Assembly (NCBI GenBank): GCA_010093815.1
Contig: ML996577.1
Length of the DNA stretch: 64,000 bases
Source of the DNA: Pseudovirgaria hyperparasitica
Taxonomy: Eukaryota
Strand: one strand, 5' to 3'
The notes beneath the pieces were generated by a model that saw only the letters and a program-made list of their open reading frames with translations, was not told where the DNA came from and made no database searches. The first letter of the stretch is position 1; every line of letters begins with the position of its first letter. Made by a program: the position numbers and the translations under genes. Positions 13,074-24,452 of this stretch are shown in pieces.

Positions 13074-13426
13074 GCTTGACTCTCCAGAAATACAAACTAT
13101 AAACGCTTCGTCTCCTCTTCCTGGCAACCATCGTCTCCCAAAAAAAAACGTTGCAACTATCCATCCGTACTTGGCCGGCCCGGGCCACGTGTAGAAACTG
13201 TCGTCCCACAGGTAATACAGACAGAGTACAGAGGTACCTACGTTACCCACACCCCATGCCCAACCCGGCTAAACCTCGCGCCAAAACACCCAATAGCCTG
13301 CGCGATGGAAGTCACCCAGTCGTCTGTCACAAGTACGGGTGCGCCGACCCGCAGCCCCGGCCAGGGGGAAGAGGATTAGGTGAGGGAGGGAGGGAGGGGA
13401 GGGGGGACCACCCGGGCCCTTCACGC

Positions 13427-13489
13427 TGGGATGCGATGAGATGGGATGGGATGGGATTGGGGAGCCTGTCCTGTCCTGTCCTGTCCTGT
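13427..13489. repeat. Adjacent (GGGAT)n-like and (CCTGT)n pentanucleotide microsatellites
   Basis: gggatgcgatgagatgggatgggatgggat followed by cctgtcctgtcctgtcctgtcctgt. Confidence 0.85.
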
Positions 13490-13899
13490 GTGTGAGTGAG
13501 CCTGCGGAAAGGACGATAAAATTAGGGTTCCTTCGGGGCTACCGCACCGCGAGGCAGCGCAAGGCAGCGCAACGCCGCTGGCTGGGTTGCTGGGTCTTTG
13601 GGCAGGGGACCCAGTGGGCCTGTCTGCTCTCTCTCTCTCTCGCTCTGGAGCGTGGGCCGGTGGAGTGGAGTGGGTTGCTGCTGGCTGCTGGCTGCGCTTT
13701 CTGCTGCCAGCACTTCATTATGCATGCATGCATGTATGCGCGTGTATGTGCCTCCATCCCACATGGGGCGCATGTGTCTGTCTGCCTGCCCAAGTGCACG
13801 CTATTTCCCTTGCTTTGCTCCGGGTCTCGTGCGGGCTTGTCCGCTTTTCGAAAAGAGGATTCTTCATGACTTCGTTGAGTGCGTTGACTGCGACCGAAA

Positions 13900-13900
<1 letters not shown>

Positions 13901-13933
<33 letters not shown>
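13901..13933. repeat. (CGA)11 microsatellite
   Basis: Perfect trinucleotide run read directly. Confidence 0.95.
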
Positions 13934-14703
13934 TGTCTCCCCTCCTACATAGGCCTGGATAAATGACTGATAACATGTATGCTAGGGCGAACGGACGTTA
14001 CGCCCGTACGATCGGCCTGAGATTTCCCAGTCCAGGCAGAACAGCGGGAAGGAACTGACTGGTCTGACAGGTAATGATTCAACATCCCAGCCATCCTCCA
14101 AGGCTCCAAGGTGGAAAAGGGGAGCCCACCGGCTGGTCCGTGGGTAGCGTCCAGTACCCAGAGCCAGAGGCAGAGAGAGAGAGAGCCAAAATGTCCCAGG
14201 TGGATAGCAGTATATAATGAACCCATGGTAGTCCGTGTGCTTGTCAAGGATGTGCTGCTGGGATAAACTTATCGTTGAATGGTCGACTATCTGATTCGTC
14301 TCCATGTCTTCCCCTCCAGGGGGGCCCCCCCTAACGCCCTCCCCCTGCGGAAGCGGGATAGGCCGCAGGCTGGGAGGAGCGAATGGGTAAATCAGCTAAA
14401 AGTACCTGCTCCTGCTGGATGAAGGCACACACATACACATACACGCACGCACCCATACAAACCCTGCGAATGAGACATGCAAAGGAGTTGCAGGAAGGAA
14501 AGGAAGTCCAGCGGCGCGGCTCAAGGGCTTTTTCCCAACCCACCCAGGGGGGATTTTTTTTGCAGCGGCGAGAGCGGCTTGGGAGATCGTCGTCAGAGGT
14601 ATATTATAGAGGTAAGTGAGTGGTCGGTCTCGACGAGGCTTTTCTCCGGACTCCGGCGTGATGGTAGTACGAGATACGATCATGTATATACAGTGCGGAG
14701 AAG

Positions 14704-14740
14704 AAGCATAAGCATAAGCATAAGCAATAAGCATAAGCAT
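14704..14740. repeat. (AAGCAT)n hexanucleotide repeat, about 6 imperfect copies
   Basis: aagcataagcataagcataagcaataagcataagcat. Confidence 0.9.
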
Positions 14741-16773
14741 GACACGTTCGAAAGGTAAGATGTGCTTCTAATGACTTAGAACTCGAGAGACGTAGGTAAA
14801 TGATGGGTTAATTATAGCGTTGGTACTGGTTTCTTTCTCGCTATGTGGGTTCCTCTCGAATTGTGGTCCCTAGCTAGCGGTTACTTTCAACGACGGACTC
14901 CCATGCCACGACATACATATTCTTAGCACGCGGTCCACCTTTTTTTTTTCTTCTTTCTCTCAGACATGGCCATAGCATGGCCATGGTAAGGCATGGTAAG
15001 GCATGGCATAGCATGCGACGAAGCGGGTTTCCAAGTTGACTTGTTGTGCATGGATGCTCAACCGTCAGCGTGTTTCCCAGACTCTCACTCCCTCACTCAC
15101 TCACAATAACTAATTAGCTGACTGCATTCCACGCAGCAGCTCCCCCACAAGGCACAAAAAAGCACAAAAAAGCAACATTTCACACCATGCCATCATCTTA
15201 GCAGCCAGTACCACTTAAACCCCCATATTATCCGGTCCAATCCACATAAAAAACCAATAATTTCTTGACATCACATCCTCGTATCGTCGTTTCCAGTCCG
15301 TCTCTCTATCCGAGTCGTAAACCAAACAGCGCTACGGAATTCCTTTACGGAAAATCAGGAAAATCAGGAAAAACATTAGATTCTCTCCTACCAAACAATC
15401 TCTCGGAGGCAAGTCCTACCAATCAATAAATGGAGCGGGAGGGGAAGGAGCAGTATATGCCCGAGAAAGCGTCCGGAGTTCCGGTGCGGTATCCGACCAA
15501 GGAAAACCATCATCTGCCGGGCCGGGGAGGGGGGTTTTGTGCTTGCTTGACTTAGAATAAAGCATGGAGACAAGAAAAAGGGAAATATAATTGCCATAAT
15601 TAATACGTGTGCGATCGCTGGTTCGCCGCATATGTGTATACAGTATCCAGCCCCAGCATTCTCTCTCGCTCGGCGTACACACATATCTAGCGCCTACTGT
15701 ATGTAGTCCAGGAGTTAATTAAGCACTCAAAACCGTCTAGGCCCGTCAGCCGGGAAGGATCAACGGAAGAAGAGGTGGTGCAGGCTTGGTTGGTCTAAAG
15801 TCTAATTACTATGGTAAAGTCTACGAGATTTGATAGGACATAATTACTCGAGGACTCTTTGACACGTTTCTTGGGTTCGGTGCGCGGCGCGGCACCCACC
15901 ACAGGCACCACGCAGGCAGAAAAACCAAGCTAATTCCAAATACTATTAGCCAGACCTTGACATTATTTCTCGGCTTCTCGTAGGGCTGAGATCCAAGAAA
16001 GCGTTTTACCATTTCCGTGCATTGTCAAATATAGAAGCAAGTAAGTAATGGTCGCATCGAGGTCGCAGGATGAACCTTAAGGATGAATTTGTCGGATTTT
16101 TCTTAGGACACGGTCTCTACATACTCCCGAATTCGTCGCGTTGTATGCCATTCATCTACCCAAAAGCAAAGCATAACATCCAGTCAACCCAGGATGCATC
16201 CGCTAATCCATCAAAATTGGTGATATCCATAGAGGGCGAATTCTACACGTCTCCACCCTTTATCAAACGACACAGAACAATGTAGCTAGCAAAAATCATG
16301 AACAAAGGAGAGCGCAAACGGCATCGGGATAACCATCGCTAGCCGAAGGCATAGGATTGCAAGTAATTAACCAAAGAGAGATAAGCGAGGCGTACTCGCC
16401 ATGAGGTTGTAGGCCGGTCATCACATCTTCGAATGTGCTGAATCACAGACGTAGGTACAATAAACAAAAGACGAAGTATGCAGTGCAAATGAAACAAGGG
16501 AAGATTCGTCGTGTGAGCGGATAGGTCTGAGGTGTGCGCGACTTGCAGACCAGCATCGGTGCTGGAAAAATACTCAGAATTGGTCCAACCATAATTAGTG
16601 ACCAAGCGCCGGTGACCGAAGAGCAAGATGCGCATGAAGACTTGGTATATGGGTAGGATGTCTACCGGCCCAAAGTGCGTAAGGTCGTGGGACTTCCGCC
16701 AGGATGGCCCTAAGGAAATCCTGATAGCGTTAAGTCGTAAGCAAGAACTGGAGGATAAATGTGATGCATCATC

Positions 16774-18528
16774 TCAATCCATCAACTGGGGCACGCGTCT
16801 GCTCCTGGATGTGCCGTCGGCGCGCCTATAACTCATAGCACGAGCCTCTGGAGCATCGGCATCATCACTGTTGTCGTCGTAAGCAGCCCGGTAATCCTCA
16901 GACGCAAGAGTCGGACGCGCGCCCTGTCTCAGTGGCTGGTTTAGATGCTTTGTATCAAAGGTATCGGAGTAAGTACGTTTGGCACCCGCATGAGGCGTCT
17001 GGGGTGTATATTTGCCTGCATGTCCGTACTGCATATCGTGAGGGGAAGATGAAAATGAACCGTTCATCTGATATGGAGGCGAGGACATGTCAACCTTGTC
17101 GGTTTTGAGTGGCGCCAAAGCATACCCGTTGAGATGAGGGCCTGGAGCGGAAGTGCTCGGAACTGCAGGCTGCAACGGGGGCATTAGATGTGGCTGTCTA
17201 TGTACTGATTCGTTGTGATTGTAAGACGGCATCATCGGACTTTGTGCGGGATACGTTGGTGTATGAGGCTGCTGGTGGAACGAGGGCCGGCTGTAATCTG
17301 AAGTAGGGGTAGGATACTCCATGCTTTCGCGGCGCGAGTGAGGATGCTGCTCATATCCGTGTTGAGGATAAGATTGATTTTGGTTGTATCCGTATTGCTG
17401 GGGCATTATTAGCTGCTGCGGCTGGGGCGGCGGCGGAGGTGGTTGGGGCTGATATGTCTGAGGAGGTACAGGAGAGTAGGATGTTGACGGAGGTTGCATC
17501 ATAGATTGAGGCGGTTGGTGCTGTGATGCATACTGGGGTGCGTAATGCTGTGGAGGAGCATTGCTGTACTGCGGGACCCCCTGATATTGGGTTGGCTGCG
17601 CTGGCGGCGGACCCATTGCCTGGCTGAACGGAGGTTGACAGCCCTGAGCAATCTCCTGCATCGATGGGCGACGCTGAATAGCGTGATAGGAGTCATGGCT
17701 ATGAGCAGTTCCAGGTCTCGACACCTCAGCAGTAATTGAGCGCCTGCTCCGATCAGCGTCGAATTCGTCGTAATCTTTCCCGTCGCCGCCCTTTTCCTCG
17801 CGTCTCCTCATACGCACATCGCGACGAATACGTACGCGGCAACCTTGCTCAGCGATTTCGCGACTCAGGGCGGTACTCTCTGCAAGACCTGGGAACTTCT
17901 TGGCACTGAACACAGTAAACGGCTTCGACTTGACTTCCAAGCGGTGTGTAACATGTGCGTCAATACCAGCAGCTTGCACTTGAATAGCCTGTGATTGATC
18001 CACATCCATATCCTTTTGGTCTTTCAATTCCTCGTACAAGGCAAAGCTCAACCTGTACCTGCCTTCGTGGCGAACAGACAAGTCTGGGAAGATGAAATAT
18101 CCGGCTGGGTCAGGACGGTCTAGATAAGCCATGCCAGCAACAGGTGTGCCAGTAAGGACAGGAAAGCTAGCCGGAGCAGGTAGACGGCCTTGAGCGATGG
18201 TCCGCGCATTCTCGAGCGTAGCGAACAAGAAGAAGTTGGCACTGTATGGGAATGTAATTTCTTGCTGATCTGCGCCCTCTCCTTCGTAGACGACTAGTTG
18301 GACGATTGGCGGAGGATCGACTGGGCGACGGTCCGCGGAAGCTATAGAGTGTTAGGAGATATTCGAATTTTATACAACTGGTAACAGACATTTTGCTCCG
18401 GAGCCACATGCTCGAGCACGCTCAGGCTCTTGGATGACCTTGAGGCGATAGGTGATTTTCCTTCCTTCACGTGTGAATCTGCTCGACTGGCTCTCCTCCT
18501 CATTGTGAACACGGATTTCGGTGGCCAT
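16774..18528 (-). CDS. veA: Velvet-family developmental and secondary-metabolism regulator VeA, 2 coding exons
   Basis: Exons 18528-18390 and 18341-16774 give MATEIRVHNE...[42 protein letters not shown]...ANFFLFATLE...GYFIFPDLSVRHEGRYRLSF...SAKKFPGLAESTALSREIAEQGCRVRIRRDVRMRRR. A Pro/Gln-rich C-terminus ends MSYRRADG. Confidence 0.97.
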
Positions 18529-18585
18529 TGTTGATCTGATCTGGAATGGTGAGTGTGGATGTGTGTTCTGGGCCGCTGATTGGAA

Positions 18586-18820
18586 CTAGTGAAAGCATTA
18601 GACGCAGAACAGCATTGTACAAGCAAACAGCAAAACGTGTCGTCGCGATAGATATGCGAAGGAGCACACAAAACAATATGTAAGCTGCAATGTCTGTGGT
18701 GGAAAACAGTAGACAAGTATACACGAATGCAACGTAAACATAAAGCTATATGATATAGTGAGGTCGAGCGTAACCGCTCGGGTGGGAAGACGAAGAACGA
18801 CGACAGCAGAGACAACTCAC
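18586..18820 (-). other. Putative 5'-UTR intron of veA (235 nt)
   Basis: GTGAGT donor at 18820, CTAAT branch point at 18601-18597, and TAG acceptor ending at 18586, 57 nt before the ATG. Confidence 0.65.
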
Positions 18821-21800
18821 CTAATAAACGCGAAGTAACAATATGACAACAATCTCTGCTTGACAATCCAACAGTCTAGTTGATATGAAGTGAAGTAGAC
18901 GCTCTCGAATAGGGCCGGCCGACCGTCTGGTACGTTGCACAATTGGGGGTGTCCTTCTCAAGCGTCGGCTCAGCGTGATGGTCGTTCAGTACCAAATGAT
19001 TGCGCGTGGCCGGAGAGCAATGGAGATGAGCTGAGATCCCAGAGCACCACAATGGATGTGGAGCAGACGAACGCTGCCTACCAACAAAGGCGAGGTCGAA
19101 AGGTGAAGTTTGTGAGTATGTACAGAAGAAAGAGAGGAGAGAGCAGCGGCGAAAGAAGAGGAGATGCAGTGCGCAGTCGACGATGGGCACTAATACTGGG
19201 CAGAGGTAAGAGGACGAAGGACAGACGACGGGGACATAAGACGCGCGAGAGTCGAGAGAGGGGGGGGGAGGGGGGTAGGGGAGGGTGTGAGGGAGAGAAG
19301 GGAAGAAGGGAATGGCAGGGCAGGGCAGGGCAGGTTTCGAAATGATGGGTAAGTTGAAGGGATAATTGGGGCCTTTGCTGAGCGCGCGGGCTTTCCAATG
19401 ACTGTCGCTGTCCCGGCGGGCTGGGTATGTCGGGCCTTGGCGTTTAGCGCTGGCTCCCACGCTCTCTCCAGGCTCTCCTTCACCTGCAGATTTTGGCTGC
19501 CTACCCAGCCCAACTATCCACAAATCACCACCACCACCTCTACCACAACATCCACACCCACATCCACCACATCGTCCTGCCTCATCCCACTTCCATTCAT
19601 CGTTCATCTCAAATTACTGCTCACTGTGCTCAGACTTTTTGCTATATCAACTCAACCGCACTGTCACTGCGAGCGTCATTTCTGCTTCCCGCATCCCGAG
19701 GAACAAGGTCTCACCCCCCCCTGCTCCTCTACCGTCGAACTGATCTCCCAGTGTAGTAAACACGGATAGATGAGGCACAGTGAGTAGCTGCATCCTCTCG
19801 CTACCTCTTACCACTGGCTAATCATACAGAGCCTGCATGTCCGTACTCCGTACCTTCGCCATCAAACTTGTGCATGCCGCATGGCCATCATTGATCATTC
19901 TATCTTGCATAGACAACAAGATCCTCTCCATCAAACTTTTAGGCCGCAACACCGCAAACCCATGTACGCCCATTGGTGCAGCTTCAGAACGCGGTTCTAT
20001 TCACGGTTCAAGCCATCCCACACTAGCAAACTAGCAATACGCTCCCGAGCCCAGCCACCGGTCATACATCTCAGCCTCCGCTTGCATTTGTGAAAACACT
20101 GTATAAACCTTGAGTCCGTTGGCCATAGCCTGACAAGTCCCGCATAAGTCAACACCCTGTACACTTGCAAGATTCCTGTCTGGTGATTGTCATGCCGGAT
20201 TAGGAAGTAGAGTCTCGGTCTCTTACACAAGCCTTCAAGCCTTGTCTTGTTGGTTATATAAAGAAGAGGCACGGACTTTTCTCGCTGCTATTTGGACTCG
20301 CTAGACGATGGCATGATCCGTCCCGAAGCGGATCTACGCGGATCAATCGCTAATTACGGTCATACATGAACTGTGAGCTGTTGGACACGGCTATCCATCA
20401 TGGCAGTCACATTATCTATCTGATTCAAACTTCAATATTCGCACATCACATCTGACTCGCACAAAGCGCCGAGTAAAAGCTTTGCTCCTTGCGCGAGACG
20501 CTTGCCTCTAGATCTAGCGCAGTCACTCCTGAAATGTCTCCAGGTCAATCCAGGCAGTTGTGCTTCGACTCTTATGCTAGCATATGGAAACAATACTGCA
20601 TCAATACCTTTAGTCGTTAGATCAGATACTCAATAAAACTACAAGATAGTATCCATCGAGATGAATGGCAATATTTCCTATGCCAAATGTTGCTCCAGGT
20701 ACGCAGATCACCACTGGAAGGCAACTGCCGGACTCGAGACTAACACCAGTACGGCTACTTGAACGCCAGATACGACTACACGACACATACGATATGTTTC
20801 GAGATATATATAATTATGGTATGGCTTGTGTAATGATAGCCATTGCAAGGCTGGTTTCAGTCTATCACTGATTGCCGTGAAGATCCATCGCTTCGGCTGC
20901 TATGCAAATGCGGAAGCGACGTTCCTCACCCTCCAGGATGTATCCGAGCATTGATGTTTGTATCATCACTACCTATGTAGGGTCTAGATTGTGAACCTAG
21001 CAACATCCATGCGCAAGCGTTGGGGACAGAACTTGCAATCGGCTGTCCGCTAGACATCCACGCTCATAACTAGGGAGGACCATGTTCAGGATTTTAGCCA
21101 AGCGAATCCACGAATATCGGTAAAGGTTGCTCATTTCGGAGACCCTCCCTGATGAAGACTGACGAAGTGTCTTGAACTATACAATCGAGCCGCTTGTTCG
21201 GTTGCAGCGCGATCCACAGCGTTCCGTCGTATGCTGGCAAGCAAGCCCCCGTACGTGGTGGCTTGGCTCTCTTAGACCTGCCGCTGTCTGACATGGAGAA
21301 GTCGTCGCTCATCGTCGTCATAGAAGAAGATTTGGCATCACGCGCAAGCGATACCAAAGATTGTGAGACACAGAGAGAAGCAGGGTAACGGCAAGGACGT
21401 GTACCGCTGACTGCTGATCGAACCGTACCCAGAGACCCAAAGACCACCGCCTGAGAGGAATAACGGCTGTCTCCGCCGACGGATGGAAACCAATGACATA
21501 CTAGGCCGGCATGGTGGGTCTTCCCACGACGGGGCTCCAGGAAGGGAGAGGCTTCAAACTTTCTGATGGAGTGGCCGACCCTTGGGCGCAGGATGGTTTT
21601 ACACTTGTCCTGTTGCAGCATGGCACGTTATGCCGATGCCGCGCTATCTTCATCACCCTGGCGCCCTGACATGGAATATCCATGCTCGTTGCCCATATGC
21701 TATAAGCACTAGACGACTCCACTGCTTCCAAGGTCCCCTTCCGCGAACTCCTCATATGTATTAATATTGCACCCTTTCAGCCTTGGCGTTTCCATTCATC

Positions 21801-23571
21801 CCTCATTGGACACTGTCCTCGAGCCTCTCTTGGGTCCGGAATGCTTCTTTACCTTTGCATTGGCTACCTGGCATGTTCACCCGTGGGTCATATGCGCCGT
21901 TTGATCGACACCACTATTAGAACGTCAGTAATGATGTTTTGCTTTGCAGGTATATATATCAGCATGAAAAACAAACCTGCCTTACACAATGAGGACATGC
22001 GGAGGAATCATGGCGTGTGACTTGTAGCATTAATCAATCTTGTCTATTGACCGGGGTATACCGAACCAGACTCTCGATGATGTAATCCTCCTCAAAGCTT
22101 GTCTGCAGACAGATCTACTTGGCAGACCATCTTTTGCCATTGAAAAGGTGATACCGTAGTGTAGCAGCTTACATCCATCAACATCTGAATTATAGTATTC
22201 CTCTCGTGCTAGTCGTATCTTTGCATCCACGAGACATGTGTCCCTCCGCATTATCTAGGCCTTTCCACCTCAGCCACTCCATTCGACAGAAGCCTTAACC
22301 CCTCAACACAAACAATCTTCTAGAACGATTTCACGTAGAGACTATCAAGGTTACTGCTTTCTACGCAGACCAGAAGTATCAACACGTGGTGCAGTCAACT
22401 TTGCACGCCTGAGAAACCTTGTGGGCCGACTTGAGCATTACCTCGCATACGCACTTGATGTTGTGACACACCTGATTCGGCCTGCTTGAGCAGGTCGTCC
22501 CACCATACCTCACCGGATTAGCTGCGACCGTCAACACTCGCATATCTGAGGTGCACGCATCATACAAATCCATAGTGGAGCCCCTCCTCACCGCTCGCAG
22601 GACGAACGATAGCAGCAGCGTCGGCACCTGGCATACGTCGTTATACCACAACTTTCTCACATTGGCTCCGGCCATAATCACTGCTGAACGTCGTCCTCGT
22701 CCACAAGAGAGACGGACGGCCGTCGCTGCACCACCATACGAACGACACTGGGAACACAGGGCGAAAATGCCTATCGGCACAGACAGCCGCAGAACATCAG
22801 ACCATTTTCCCCGTCCCCGTCAGTTTCCCCCCTATAGGTCCAGCCCTACCGTCCGTCATACGGTTATGGGACGCCATTGGGAATTCCAGAGTGCGGGTGA
22901 TGGTTCCGTGACCAAGTTCAGGGAGTTAGTTGCTTCGACACAGTACTACGAACTTAGTAACTGGGTGGAACCCTCCCATTGTGTCACTTACATGTACCTA
23001 GGGGGTTGGGGAGCGACACCCACCACTGACTCAAGGCCATAGACTGGGAAGACGAGCGAGTTCGCGTGCTACCGGCGTTTCTTTCGCGAAAGGGTCTGTA
23101 GGCGCCAATAATGGCGCCAGTATGAGTTTCAAGAGACTTCCTCAGGGCATGCAGGCGTGAAGGCTCCCACGGCTTGAAACTCGTTTGTTACGTTCAAACA
23201 ATGGAGATCAGCTCACTTTCGGATCACACAACGCACGGATCGCATACGCCTTACGAGACCCTCGCAGCGCCTACTCGTCGGAAGAGGGATCATCACAGAA
23301 TCGTCATATAGGAACACTCTTCGGCATCGAGGCTGGGCAGTATCACTGACCACTTCTTGGTAGGGAGCTCTCGAGACGACAAAGCAAGACTAACCGGCGA
23401 CTATCAGGAGCCTGTAGTAGCACACGGGCTCCACTCTTGAGATAAAACAACTATGGGTCTGCAAACATCCAGGCCATAATTACAGGCTCTCCATACATCT
23501 TCCAGATCAGGATAAACCATCCGTCTTACCGTGTTTAACTCCCCAGTAATCAGTCTCGACACGTGCGATCG

Positions 23572-24452
23572 ACAACCTTCTACGACTAACCTCACACAAT
23601 CACGAGTCAGAACTCTCCAACCATCCCCCAAATCGTTTTCGTTCTCAGCCGTCAGGAACCCCCAAAACCCTTCAGAAAATCCCCGTCACACTGTCTGTGC
23701 AAAGCCCCCTCCCATTCCCCCACCGCTGTGTTTTTTCAGCCTCGAAAAGCTCCAGCCTTCCACAGTCCCACATTCTTTCTCCCAAACTTCTCGCTCTCAT
23801 CCGACAACAATCCGCATTGCGTTACCCCATACACAGCAAAACATTGCCGTTCTGTGTGCCAAACACCTATCCCCCGTCCCGTCATGTCATGTCAACATAT
23901 CAACCCGTCAATCAACCCCACTGAACTCGCTCTCCACCAACCCACCGACTTCGCACCACACACATTCCTTGTCCCACACGCTCCATATGCCGTGTCCAGA
24001 CGCACTGCCGCGCCCTTTCCCCCCGTCGTACGCGCGGGAATGCGGCAGAGTGCTGCCGGGCATGTTCGAGATGGTCGGCGATATGCAAGGGATGCCGGTG
24101 CAGCGAAGGAATTCTGATACGTGAAGCGGAGCCCGATTCGACGTGGGGACTTGGGTTGGGTTGGGCCGGATAGCTGCGTTGGCTTGGGCTCTTTATACAT
24201 ATGTTGTTTCTGGTTTGTGTTGGGGGGTTGTACGGTCGGTGTAGTTGGGCGTGATTGGGTTTGGATGGGGTGTCGGTGTGGGGGAGTGGAGGGGGAGTCG
24301 TACTGATTGTGTATGTTTCAGAAGGGTGGATTCTGGTATGGTACGATTTGGCATTCGTGTGGTTGTTCGCTTGCTTTCTGATAGGATAGAGGGAGGTTGT
24401 ACGGGTTTTCTTTGCGGGAGAATGTTCTCGATTGTGGATGGGAGAAGGTTGT
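23572..24452. repeat. Degenerate long inverted repeat / fold-back element
   Basis: Nested complementary blocks: 23572-23581 with 24443-24452 (10/10), 23667-23678 with 24316-24327 (11/12), 23705-23725 with 24274-24295 (near-complementary), and a central stem 24005-24011 with 24042-24048. Confidence 0.6.

Noticed and set aside
13522..13529. TTAGGGTT as a possible telomerase RNA template (AACCCTAA on the minus strand)
   Set aside because: Only 8 nt and flanked by microsatellites. No recognisable pseudoknot or CR4/5 core, and the 5S gene lies about 450 nt downstream.
18876..19769. Overlapping 100-240 aa ORFs upstream of veA
   Set aside because: Low-complexity products of purine/pyrimidine-rich promoter DNA with no recognisable domain.
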